Below, piece by piece: positions 33,188-41,307 of a DNA stretch of 64,000 bases. A program made the position numbers and the translations under genes. Position 1 is the stretch's first letter, and each line of letters opens with the position of its first letter. This stretch comes from a virus (taxonomy: Duplodnaviria > Caudoviricetes). The stretch lies in the IMG/VR virus record IMGVR_UViG_3300025383_000009. The stretch is one strand, 5' to 3'. The notes under the pieces are model-generated. The model searched no databases. It worked only from the letters and a program-made list of their open reading frames with translations, and was not told the DNA's origin.

Positions 33188-33865
33188 CTAATCTATTGAA
33201 CCGTCTTCAACTTTAAGTTTTATCTTTTTAGCTGGTTTTGGTTGGTCAACGATCTCATTTTGTTTTTCTGCTAACTTTTTAGATTGTTGGTCCACAGCCT
33301 CGAACCTCTTCTTAAGTCTTGGCTTGATGTCTTCTGAATTGAACCATAACTCGATGCCGTTTAGGACCTTCTGGATCTCATCAGCTGATAAGAAACCTTT
33401 ATATGCATCCTTTAACAGCTTCTCACATTGGGCGATAGTGAAGTCTGTGTGTGCTTTAACTGTAGGAGTGTTACCGGCCGATCCGAATGATGCTGTGTGG
33501 ATCATGATGTATGCTGTATCATAGACATGGACAGCATGGCAATACATGGCGATAAGAGAGGCAGCAGAGTGACATGCACCCATAAGGAATGCAGTCACTT
33601 CTGCCTGAGATGAAAGGATGCCTGATATGATTGCTCCAGCAGAATCAAGGTTACCACCATTTGAGTTTATGTATAGGTGGATCTTGTCGTTCTCTGATGC
33701 ATTTACAAGTAAAGAGATAAGCTCTCTATACTTTCCAGGTTCCTCTATCTCTTGATCTAGGAATACTTCATGTGTTCTATATACAGATTCAATCGTATTG
33801 ATATGTACATTATTAAGTAATCCACTAAATATACTAGGGACGTTTTCACCTGCAAGTTTGTTCAT
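33188..33865 (-). CDS. clpP: ClpP-like serine protease
   Basis: LYINSNGG, GACHSAASLI (Ser) and IMIH (His) motifs. Confidence 0.8.
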   Translation of the reverse strand: MNKLAGENVPSIFSGLLNNVHINTIESVYRTHEVFLDQEIEEPGKYRELISLLVNASENDKIHLYINSNGGNLDSAGAIISGILSSQAEVTAFLMGACHSAASLIAMYCHAVHVYDTAYIMIHTASFGSAGNTPTVKAHTDFTIAQCEKLLKDAYKGFLSADEIQKVLNGIELWFNSEDIKPRLKKRFEAVDQQSKKLAEKQNEIVDQPKPAKKIKLKVEDGSID

Positions 33866-33867
33866 GA

Positions 33868-34395
33868 TTAACTCTTTCTATAAAATATATGATTCCCGAT
33901 TACTGTTGTTATATGTACATTTTGCCATTGAGGATGTACTTCCTTTGTATGAAAGAACATGGCACCTTTTGTAACGTCTTCCATGTTCTTATAGTTCATG
34001 TATGCATATAAAGCTACGCTTCTTGCATGCTCAAATACTTCTTTCTCATGTCGTGTATACCTATAAGATATTGCTTTGATCCTCTTATAGTCATCACACC
34101 ACCAAGAAAACTGACACGTCTCTTCTATCTTCTGTGTCATTGTACCACATATAGATGTTGGGTACTTTCCTGAGTGCACCCTGTTAAGGGTAACCATCGC
34201 GACAGCTATCTGTCCTTTTGTTGGTTCATATCCAGCTTCGTAGTATACGTTTTGTGCTAGACACTCGACTTGTTGTTTTTCAACCTTTGTTAGTCGTTTA
34301 GGTTGTTCGTACTTTGTAAATAATGTTTGTGTTTGTGCTATGTTAAAGCAACACAGATAACACAGAGCCAATATTGCGGCGAAAGTCTTTCTCAT
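33868..34395 (-). CDS. Cell-wall hydrolase, SleB/Hydrolase_2 family, with signal sequence
   Basis: CLAQNVYYEAGYE...GQIAVAMVTLNRV...CQFSW...GNHIFY. Confidence 0.88.
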   Translation of the reverse strand: MRKTFAAILALCYLCCFNIAQTQTLFTKYEQPKRLTKVEKQQVECLAQNVYYEAGYEPTKGQIAVAMVTLNRVHSGKYPTSICGTMTQKIEETCQFSWWCDDYKRIKAISYRYTRHEKEVFEHARSVALYAYMNYKNMEDVTKGAMFFHTKEVHPQWQNVHITTVIGNHIFYRKS

Positions 34396-34444
34396 GGGGA
34401 TATTCTCCTTTTGATAGTACTTAGCTTTTTATGCGCTTAGTAGT

Positions 34445-34473
34445 ATTATACTTTAGTTATGAATTAAAGTAAA
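34445..34473 (-). promoter_or_regulatory. Promoter TTTACT-TTAATT-N11-TATAAT
   Basis: 17 nt spacer; family variant. Confidence 0.6.
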
Positions 34474-35114
34474 TTTAATTTTTTGTATTGTTGACGGATA
34501 TCAACTAATTGATTAATGAAGCCCTTACGCTTCTGTTGGAAGATTTGTGGTTTTGCATCGTCTACTCCTATGATTATCGTTAAGTCTGGAACTTTAATTC
34601 CTGTAAGTTCTTCGAACATAACTGAATAAGCAGTTGCCTGTAAAAAGTAATGATCTATATTGTTAATATCTTTGGGGTTTTTGGATGTCTTAAAGTCTAT
34701 TATACTTAATAACCCATCAAACTCTCCGATACAGTCAACGGTTCCTGCCAATTGTAGTTTATCGGAATATAACTTGCTCTCTAGAGCATGTATATTGTCT
34801 ATCTTATCCACCACTGGTTTTAAACTATTCCATAATTCAACGTCGAACATGTCGGGTTGAAGTGGCTTCCCTAACAGGAAATCCTCACATAGTGTATGGA
34901 TACGAGTACCTCGGCTAGAAGCCTTTGCTGATACTCTATTTGCCTCTTCTTCACCTACTCGCTTACGCCATTCAGCGATGAATTGTCTATTCAAGAGGCC
35001 TGTTACTTGTGTTACGCTTGGATATTTATCTCCAGATGGGGTTTGATATACTCGCCCCTCTGGAGAATCAATCCTTTGTAACACCGGAAACTCATGATAT
35101 ATAAAGTTCTTCAA
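34464..35114 (-). CDS. PD-(D/E)xK exonuclease (TTG start)
   Basis: YPSVTQV, RGTRIH, LAGTVDCIGEFDGLLSIIDFKTS motifs. Confidence 0.85.
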   Translation of the reverse strand: MKNFIYHEFPVLQRIDSPEGRVYQTPSGDKYPSVTQVTGLLNRQFIAEWRKRVGEEEANRVSAKASSRGTRIHTLCEDFLLGKPLQPDMFDVELWNSLKPVVDKIDNIHALESKLYSDKLQLAGTVDCIGEFDGLLSIIDFKTSKNPKDINNIDHYFLQATAYSVMFEELTGIKVPDLTIIIGVDDAKPQIFQQKRKGFINQLVDIRQQYKKLNLL

Positions 35115-35330
35115 TTATTTTTTATCTGCGAACTTTGCCTTAAGAGTCGGTTTCTTTTTATGTTCTTTTTTAACTTCAGGCTTTGCTGCTTGTTTCTTTG
35201 CCGGTTCTGCCTTCTTAACCACAGCAGGTTTTGCCTTAACTGGCTCTGCTGCACAAACATAAACAGTGTAACTAATTAAACCAAATGTAACTGCGATTGC
35301 TGTTAATTCTTTTGCATAATTTTTTAACAT
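35115..35330 (-). CDS. Small secreted Lys/Ala/Pro-rich protein
   Basis: Hydrophobic N-terminus followed by a KPA-rich basic tail. Confidence 0.6.
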   Translation of the reverse strand: MLKNYAKELTAIAVTFGLISYTVYVCAAEPVKAKPAVVKKAEPAKKQAAKPEVKKEHKKKPTLKAKFADKK

Positions 35331-35339
35331 GATAGTCCT

Positions 35340-35368
35340 ATTATATAATAAAAGTTAATAAAAGTACA
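35340..35368 (-). promoter_or_regulatory. Promoter TGTACT-N17-TATAAT
   Basis: 17 nt spacer; family variant. Confidence 0.55.
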
Positions 35369-35369
35369 A

Positions 35370-36002
35370 TTAAGCTGTGAGTATAGCCAAAGCCTTATCA
35401 TAGTGGGCTTGTCTCTCTTCGAGACCAAGATATCCACCATTAATAACCTTCGTCATACCTTTGATATCACCTGCATCAGCAAACCTGTTTAGGTTGTTCT
35501 TATTCCAAAACCATAGTGCTGAGTATAATGAAGTAGGTATATCATCTGTCACGAGGTCTGGATCATCCATCACTGTTTCTGGATCTTCGAAGAAGTCAGT
35601 AGCAAACTGTTTATAGTTTGCCTTACCAGTTAATTGGATTGGTCCTCTACCTCTATACTTCCAACCTTCACCTGATGATTCAGGACCATTACCCATCCTA
35701 TTTTCATAGATACGGTTAGCGATCTTTTCAGGTTGACGATGGTAGTTTGCTGCATCGCCATGAAAGTGTGTAGGGAAGAGTTTAACCAGTGCGTCTGAAG
35801 AGTAGTTTAGGTTCTCAGTCAACTTTGTAAAATCTAATGACTCATGTGCACATTGAGCAATGAATGCTGTTACCCTTTGTGCAGTAGTTACTTCAAATTG
35901 AGGCAACTGTGTAACCATAGCGTTAAACCAATCATGCACGTTATGGTTACGTGTGATGATCTGACCTAACTTCTCTTCAGTGAAATCGAAATTAAAACTC
36001 AT
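35370..36002 (-). CDS. GH19 (chitinase-like) endolysin
   Basis: AFIAQCAHES, ENLNYS, YRGRGPIQLTGKANY and INGG motifs. Confidence 0.92.
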   Translation of the reverse strand: MSFNFDFTEEKLGQIITRNHNVHDWFNAMVTQLPQFEVTTAQRVTAFIAQCAHESLDFTKLTENLNYSSDALVKLFPTHFHGDAANYHRQPEKIANRIYENRMGNGPESSGEGWKYRGRGPIQLTGKANYKQFATDFFEDPETVMDDPDLVTDDIPTSLYSALWFWNKNNLNRFADAGDIKGMTKVINGGYLGLEERQAHYDKALAILTA

Positions 36003-36244
36003 TATTGAGCTGTAGGTGTATCAGTAGGTTGAGCTGCTGGAGCTGCAACTGGTGCTGCGTCAACTGCTGGAGCTGGAGCTGCTTTGTGTGTAAAGATGCC
36101 TTTTAAAGCATTCCATGCACCAACTACTGCACCGATAACTGTGTGTACAAGACCAACAACTTTTGCAATTACTAATTCGATTAAAGTTGCAAACTTGCTT
36201 TCTACGTATGCGCCTGCTAAAAATGCTAATGCTAATGTTAACAT
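36002..36244 (-). CDS. Small membrane protein, possible holin or lysis accessory
   Basis: Hydrophobic segments; coupled directly upstream of the endolysin. Confidence 0.5.
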   Translation of the reverse strand: MLTLALAFLAGAYVESKFATLIELVIAKVVGLVHTVIGAVVGAWNALKGIFTHKAAPAPAVDAAPVAAPAAQPTDTPTAQ

Positions 36245-36304
36245 GTGTTTCTCCTTTATTAACTTGTCGATCTTATATTGCTATGGGGTCGACAGACCCA
36301 TATT

Positions 36305-36550
36305 TTAAAAATAACTGCTTGTTTCTTTAAGACGGCTACCTGCTGTCTTTTCATCGATACGTTGTAACACTTCTTTGAATCCTTGATCTGGTCTATGTAG
36401 ACCTAATCTAACCGGATCTATAAGAGCATTCATACCTAACATTGACTCGATGTTAGGGTTTTCTTTTAAGTATTCCTCTTTTGCGGCGATACTCATCATC
36501 TTTTCAAACACCTCACCGGTATCTTTATTACGAAAATCATACAATGGCAT
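36305..36550 (-). CDS. FmdB-like small regulatory protein without the Cys ligands
   Basis: MPLYDFRNKDTGEVFE...YLKENP pattern common in T4-like phages. Confidence 0.6.
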   Translation of the reverse strand: MPLYDFRNKDTGEVFEKMMSIAAKEEYLKENPNIESMLGMNALIDPVRLGLHRPDQGFKEVLQRIDEKTAGSRLKETSSYF

Positions 36551-37112
36551 AGTTTTCTCCTGTAGTTTTATTTATAAACTCCGGGACTGACCTTTTCTTC
36601 CAAGAGAACATCCTTTGCTTCTCACCATTGTAGTAGTTACGATATGACTGTACTCCATCACCCGGTACTTTATATTGATCAGGCATGGCTGGAGTAGGAT
36701 CCGTAAATTCTCCGTGTGGTAGATTATTAGGAAACCATTTTAATTTATCTACCAAACCAATCTCTTGACACTTATGAACCTTACCGTATCGATATGTATA
36801 CTCGGTACATAATGCTTTAAGTAAACACCATAACCAATAATAGTTGTCTCTATTTTGTCTGCACCATACAGCTGATGGATGGTTAACATGTGTTGCACTA
36901 TACAATACTTCGTTGCGATCATCAGATAATATCCAACGTTTTACGTTACGACCAGTTGCTGTCTTACCCATAGTTTGGTCGCCGTCGAGTATACGATGCG
37001 CCGTAGACAATAGTTGACAAGATTCAAGTATCATCTTGACACAGTGTTTATCTACATGGTATTCTGCGGCTTTGGTAGGGTTACGAGATAGGTAAAATAT
37101 ATTCATCTTCAA
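36537..37112 (-). CDS. denV: Pyrimidine-dimer DNA glycosylase (DenV-like family)
   Basis: MNIFYL...DKHCVKMILESCQLLSTAH, HVNHPSAVW and YRNYY motifs. Confidence 0.85.
   Translation of the reverse strand: MKMNIFYLSRNPTKAAEYHVDKHCVKMILESCQLLSTAHRILDGDQTMGKTATGRNVKRWILSDDRNEVLYSATHVNHPSAVWCRQNRDNYYWLWCLLKALCTEYTYRYGKVHKCQEIGLVDKLKWFPNNLPHGEFTDPTPAMPDQYKVPGDGVQSYRNYYNGEKQRMFSWKKRSVPEFINKTTGENYAIV
36569..36576 (-). promoter_or_regulatory. Late promoter TATAAATA upstream of the lysis genes
   Basis: Exact consensus inside the 3' end of denV. Confidence 0.65.
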
Positions 37113-37617
37113 TTTTTGGTAAGAAGCGCGGGTGATTTATTAACCACTTCTTAATCTTCAATGCACCTTTTTGTTCAAGTTTATAAGCTTCAATTTCCCA
37201 TGGCTGACGGCGGTATATGTATCTATGCTTATCGTCCTCATAAGTTAAGTATTTAATCCTAACGTCATACTTTAGTTGACCAGATATAAATTGCCTGGCA
37301 TGAACTAACTCATGTGCTATAGTCTTGCATAAGTTAGTAGTATTCTTTGCGTTTAACTCGATAATGATATCATCATCATATTCTTGATCTGTAGTACCAA
37401 GTAACTCTTCAGACTTAAAGTTTTTAAACAGGAAAGTGTACTTTATGTCTTTAGATTTTTTAGGATATTTTTTGGATATGTCTTTGATCAGGGTCTTTTC
37501 AGCTGCAAGGCATTGCTTAACAAACGTAGTAAGCCTGCGCGCAGAAAGCTTCCGTACAGCAGGTGTACAGTAGACCGAAATCTTATCTGTTTTATGAAGT
37601 AATATTTGTCTTATCAT
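37081..37617 (-). CDS. Zincin-like metallopeptidase (HExxH)
   Basis: TIAHELVHARQ and QPWEIEAY; start reassigned to ATG 37617 because the promoter lies within the longer call. Confidence 0.65.
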   Translation of the reverse strand: MIRQILLHKTDKISVYCTPAVRKLSARRLTTFVKQCLAAEKTLIKDISKKYPKKSKDIKYTFLFKNFKSEELLGTTDQEYDDDIIIELNAKNTTNLCKTIAHELVHARQFISGQLKYDVRIKYLTYEDDKHRYIYRRQPWEIEAYKLEQKGALKIKKWLINHPRFLPKIEDEYILPIS

Positions 37618-37624
37618 ACTATAT

Positions 37625-37653
37625 AGTATACCACAACTCCTAATTAATGTACA
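37625..37653 (-). promoter_or_regulatory. Promoter TGTACA-TTAATT-N11-TATACT
   Basis: Family member; ATG 7 nt downstream of the -10 hexamer. Confidence 0.75.
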
Positions 37654-37746
37654 TGCTAACATAAGTTGTTGATTATAAAGACAATTTAAAACTCACCTGG
37701 ACTCACGAGTATCCAGACCTATAGCTTACTATCTATTTATGTAAAA

Positions 37747-38181
37747 CTATGCTCCAGGAGCTTCAGGTGCGATGAATCCTGCTGCCTCTACAGCCTTACG
37801 AGTGATCTTTTTGTATAGCTTAGGAAGCTTTTGATCCTTGATAGCTATGATAAGCTTAGCCTCAGATGGATGTACTGACTCCAACAGAGATATGAATAAC
37901 GCTTCACGCTTGATAGGTTTTAAGTCTTTCCTAAGGAACACATAGAAACGTCTAAGTTCCTGTGTAAGGATAGCTGGACTCATTCCAATGGGTGCAGCAT
38001 CTGGTCTATACGGAGGTTCATCCTCAGGAAGTAGGAACTTCTTCTCAGGTAGGAAAGCATACTCAAATATGATCTTGAGTGCTGAGTTACCTTTATATTT
38101 TGTTCCTAATAGCTTGGGATCTGCATTGATCTCATCTAATATTTCGGGTAAAAATCTAATTGCCATTTTAAAAGTCCTCAA
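37747..38181 (-). CDS. Conserved T4-like hypothetical protein (DUF6433-like)
   Basis: KREALFISLLESVHPSEAKLIIAIKDQKL motif. Confidence 0.65.
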   Translation of the reverse strand: MRTFKMAIRFLPEILDEINADPKLLGTKYKGNSALKIIFEYAFLPEKKFLLPEDEPPYRPDAAPIGMSPAILTQELRRFYVFLRKDLKPIKREALFISLLESVHPSEAKLIIAIKDQKLPKLYKKITRKAVEAAGFIAPEAPGA

Positions 38182-39061
38182 TTGAGTCGAGTAATAATCG
38201 ACATTTGTTTTTTATAAGGTAATTCATCACAGAATTCTTGTCACCTAGTGGGACAGTCTTCTCATATATATCTATAATACTTTTAGCTAGATCCTCGGGG
38301 ATATAGTCAAAATTAACGAGAGTCTGGTTACGTTGATAGTTACGTCTCTCTTCGTCATTCTTACAAGCATCGATACCCTTCTCAAAGAATTCAGGTAAAC
38401 GCTTTGCTGAGAATGGTTTTTGTCGATCACCCGATACGAACACATCGTCGTTACTTAGGATGTTTGGTATACCATCACCTGAGTCACCCTTAACTATGTG
38501 TGTTATCGTATATTCTTGTATGTCCTTCTGAGATCCTTCTACGAACTTACGTTGCATAGGTGACCACTGACGGACGTTCTTGTTACGTTGTAGCTGTATG
38601 AAATCCTTATCAGATGATACTATTAACACCTTTTGTGGTTCAGAGAATAGTCCTTGCTCCACTAATAAGTTTTCTTGTGTATACTCTGTTAGTACTGCAA
38701 TGATATCATCTGCCTCCGCAGTGTCAATCAATAATAATTTATATGGAAAATAGTTTAATAAGTCTGTACGTAGCTCTGCAAGCGTATCAAATATGAAACC
38801 CCAATCAAGGTCGGACTTATCTCTGTTTGCCTTACGGTGTGCTTTATAATGAGGGAATATAGACTTACGCCAATAGTTACGACCATCACATGCGATGACC
38901 ACCTCCCCATAGTCTTTGTACTTCTTCTTATAAGACTGGATAGTAGATAGTGTCGTATGTCTGATTAGGTTCTTGATCTCTTCAGGAGTTTGATTCTTTA
39001 TATCCTTCTGAAAGGGTAAGATGTTACTTAATGCGATTTGACTGTAGTCTAAGATTATAAT
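38168..39061 (-). CDS. rnh: RNase H / 5'-3' exonuclease with predicted ATT start
   Basis: Frame extends 53 codons above the ORF-track start: (M)IILDYSQIALSN...; ACDGRNYWR, EADDII, SSDKDFIQL and GDSGDGIPNILS motifs. Confidence 0.9.
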   Translation of the reverse strand: MIILDYSQIALSNILPFQKDIKNQTPEEIKNLIRHTTLSTIQSYKKKYKDYGEVVIACDGRNYWRKSIFPHYKAHRKANRDKSDLDWGFIFDTLAELRTDLLNYFPYKLLLIDTAEADDIIAVLTEYTQENLLVEQGLFSEPQKVLIVSSDKDFIQLQRNKNVRQWSPMQRKFVEGSQKDIQEYTITHIVKGDSGDGIPNILSNDDVFVSGDRQKPFSAKRLPEFFEKGIDACKNDEERRNYQRNQTLVNFDYIPEDLAKSIIDIYEKTVPLGDKNSVMNYLIKNKCRLLLDSIEDF

Positions 39062-39136
39062 TTTGTTTTCTCCTTAATAAGAGTCCATTCTATAGTGTTG
39101 GCTCTTTTTTCACGTATTTTTATATTTCCATAATCT

Positions 39137-39325
39137 CTAAATTTTGAAGATATACTGCCTACTGGATATCCAACGCATCTTCTTAGGTGAGTTCTTCTTC
39201 TTGTTTGATACGATCTCAGGGATATCCACATCACTCTCATATACTGAGGTGACTTGATCTGAGTTGATAGCGATTTGTTTTGTTGCATTGCCATCGAATG
39301 CATTTTCAAATAATACGATTGGCAT
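39137..39325 (-). CDS. Hypothetical protein
   Basis: 62 aa; TAATG-type coupling to the upstream gene. Confidence 0.5.
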   Translation of the reverse strand: MPIVLFENAFDGNATKQIAINSDQVTSVYESDVDIPEIVSNKKKNSPKKMRWISSRQYIFKI

Positions 39326-40419
39326 TAGAACGCTCCCAATAAAATAGTTTCTTCGTTGATCCGACCATTTGGAACTGTTGGCTTGGTCGTTAAAGCCTTT
39401 GCTGCTGTATTCAAATTCTTTTTACTTATAGATAAGTCTTTGAAGAACTTCTCAGGATTCCTAAGTGTCCATGACCATGACTTAGCTACACTGTAATTAA
39501 TTATAGTTGTACCCTTAACTGATAATAAGTCTGAGTCATCAGCTATATAAGCCACAAGTTTTCTATACTTGATATTATATGCCCATAACTCCTTAGCACC
39601 AACGATGTCTGTAGGATTACATGACTTAAGATTCAATAGATCGTGCTTAAACATATACTTAAGTTTCTTAACTAATACTGCAGGAGGCTTAACCTTAACT
39701 ACCCTTGGCTTCTTAACAGTAACTTGATGTTGAGCACAGTCATCTACAATAGATTGGATCGCAGCTCTAAACTTTTTAAGTTCTGTCTTAGTAAGGAATG
39801 AATAGCCTTCTGTAAGTTGTTCATCTGTACCAGTCAATGCTTCATCTATCTCATCAACGTTAAGCTTATAGTAGTCACCGATACGTTTAGCGACCATGCC
39901 TGACACGTTGTTAGATAACAAGTGTGCTTTAGTATTGAAGTCCCACGTTTTAGAATGGATAAACTTATCAATAGCATAGTCGATGTCCTCAGAGGCAGCA
40001 CGAGCTGCATCAGTCACACGTTGATCTATAGAGATGACTGGTGCCTTAGGACGATCGTCTACTATAGGTTGATTATAAGAATAGCACTCGTATAATGAGT
40101 CAAGCTTATCTTGTATACCCTTTTGATCCTTATCAGATAGATGCTCACCTTTATTGAGTATAGTAATAAGAGATCCTAATGATAGGAACTCATAATCTGG
40201 CGCCTTTGATAAGACATCATAATATTTCTTATTAGTCTTCTTAAGATAATTATGTACGGCCTTAGCACGTTCACTGTTATCCATATTAAGGTTATAGTAT
40301 CCTAAAGCTTTCATCAAAGACGTACGATAGTCGTCTTGTGTTACCACAGGAGCGCCAGCACCTATGCCTTTAGCGATAGCCTTTTCTTGCCATTCTTTGG
40401 TTGGTTTTTTAGTTTTCAT
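39325..40419 (-). CDS. Conserved T4-like hypothetical protein
   Basis: GAKELWAYNIKYRKL...LSVKGTTI...NGRINEETILL C-terminus. Confidence 0.7.
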   Translation of the reverse strand: MKTKKPTKEWQEKAIAKGIGAGAPVVTQDDYRTSLMKALGYYNLNMDNSERAKAVHNYLKKTNKKYYDVLSKAPDYEFLSLGSLITILNKGEHLSDKDQKGIQDKLDSLYECYSYNQPIVDDRPKAPVISIDQRVTDAARAASEDIDYAIDKFIHSKTWDFNTKAHLLSNNVSGMVAKRIGDYYKLNVDEIDEALTGTDEQLTEGYSFLTKTELKKFRAAIQSIVDDCAQHQVTVKKPRVVKVKPPAVLVKKLKYMFKHDLLNLKSCNPTDIVGAKELWAYNIKYRKLVAYIADDSDLLSVKGTTIINYSVAKSWSWTLRNPEKFFKDLSISKKNLNTAAKALTTKPTVPNGRINEETILLGAF

Positions 40420-40425
40420 ATTGGC

Positions 40426-40454
40426 AGTATACCATAATTAATTATTAATGTACA
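40426..40454 (-). promoter_or_regulatory. Promoter TGTACA-TTAATA-N11-TATACT
   Basis: Family member; ATG 6 nt downstream of the -10 hexamer. Confidence 0.75.
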
Positions 40455-40455
40455 A

Positions 40456-40713
40456 TTATTCAGCTTCTTGGTTTGTAACTGTTTGATAGATCGTCTCAAA
40501 CTCATCGTTCAAAGCTACCTCTTCATTAAAGTTTTGCTTATGATACGTATTAGCAAGCTTAGCAAGCGTTTTCTTAGGGATCTTAAATTCGTCATAAAGG
40601 TTCTTAAGTACTTCTTTTACAAAGTCCTTCTCAGCCTCAACGCGTGTCATAGAATCAGAGATCTCGTTAAGAGCACCTTTGATTTTCTTTTTGTCTTCGT
40701 CTAATAATTGCAT
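40456..40713 (-). CDS. dsbA: Double-stranded DNA-binding protein DsbA
   Basis: ALNEISDSMTRVEAEKDFVKE...KLANTYHKQNFNEE. Confidence 0.85.
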   Translation of the reverse strand: MQLLDEDKKKIKGALNEISDSMTRVEAEKDFVKEVLKNLYDEFKIPKKTLAKLANTYHKQNFNEEVALNDEFETIYQTVTNQEAE

Positions 40714-40736
40714 AATATACCTTTCAAGTTAAAAAT

Positions 40737-40799
40737 AAAAACACACTAGACGAGGCGACCTCGTGGCCACAAGTTCCTGCTTATCTCTAATGTGTTTTT
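40737..40799 (-). ncRNA. Candidate 63 nt three-way-junction RNA or structured dsbA leader
   Basis: 14 bp closing stem and two inner hairpins; G-U pairs only on the minus strand; follows ACTAAATA. Confidence 0.5.
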
Positions 40800-40800
40800 A

Positions 40801-40808
40801 TATTTAGT
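40801..40808 (-). promoter_or_regulatory. Late promoter variant ACTAAATA
   Basis: TAAATA core directly before the 63 nt element. Confidence 0.4.
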
Positions 40809-40934
40809 AAGACTCTCGAAACTACGAAGTGCACTCGTAGCTGACCCATCGGAAGCAGTGGCCCGCTGAGCATGCATACCCATTAAAGCACAGCCAGTGT
40901 CCGCATATATTTTATTGATTGGCTGAGAGTCTTA
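40808..40934 (-). ncRNA. Candidate 127 nt multibranch structured RNA
   Basis: Perfect 10 bp closing stem TAAGACTCTC/GAGAGTCTTA plus four inner stems. Confidence 0.55.
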
Positions 40935-41066
40935 TTCGTCATAGCCAGGTCCCCAGAAGTGAGGGTCGATACCACCTAGATAGTTTAGGTCTTCGTTATC
41001 ATCCTCTTCAATAGGATCTGGCACTGGTGTAATGTAACCGTCTTTTTTGTCTTTGACATTTAACAT
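40932..41066 (-). CDS. 44 aa acidic hypothetical protein (not in ORF track)
   Basis: MLNVKDKKDGYITPVPDPIEEDDNEDLNYLGGIDPHFWGPGYDE*; ATG 6 nt after a -10 hexamer. Confidence 0.55.
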   Translation of the reverse strand: MLNVKDKKDGYITPVPDPIEEDDNEDLNYLGGIDPHFWGPGYDE

Positions 41067-41072
41067 GATATC

Positions 41073-41101
41073 ATTATACCCTTTTTTTGGTTTATTGTAC
41101 A
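41073..41101 (-). promoter_or_regulatory. Promoter TGTACA-N17-TATAAT
   Basis: Family member. Confidence 0.7.
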
Positions 41102-41108
41102 TATATTT

Positions 41109-41297
41109 TTAAGCCTTAACACTGTCAACTGTTGCAAAGCCAGTCACCGCTGCTTTACTGTAACCCTTAGACCAAATGCTGCCAGTCCTATTTACAGGTA
41201 CTTCACTGCCTCGTGGACCATGATATGGCAACTGTTGAACCTTACCACCATTATCTAAAAATTCTTGAACTGCTTGTTGAAATTCTTGTTCTGTCAT
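41109..41297 (-). CDS. SutA-like RNA polymerase-binding protein
   Basis: AVQEFLDNGGKVQQLP resembles the P. aeruginosa SutA core; AAGGAG RBS before ATG 41297. Confidence 0.55.
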   Translation of the reverse strand: MTEQEFQQAVQEFLDNGGKVQQLPYHGPRGSEVPVNRTGSIWSKGYSKAAVTGFATVDSVKA

Positions 41298-41307
41298 AGC
41301 TTTCTCC

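Noticed and set aside
36282-36302. Hairpin TATGGGGTC-GACA-GACCCATA
   Set aside because: No U-tract on the coding (minus) strand, so not called a terminator; may be a processing or stability element.
39055-39309. 84 aa ORF overlapping the 62 aa ORF in another frame
   Set aside because: No RBS, overlaps the rnh start region, and no motif supports a frameshift between the two frames.
40811-40860. Plus-strand GAAAC...CTGA and GGAAGCAG suggesting a hammerhead ribozyme or SRP RNA
   Set aside because: The required CUGANGA and GUH, or the SRP CAGG partner, are absent; wobble pairs favour the minus strand.
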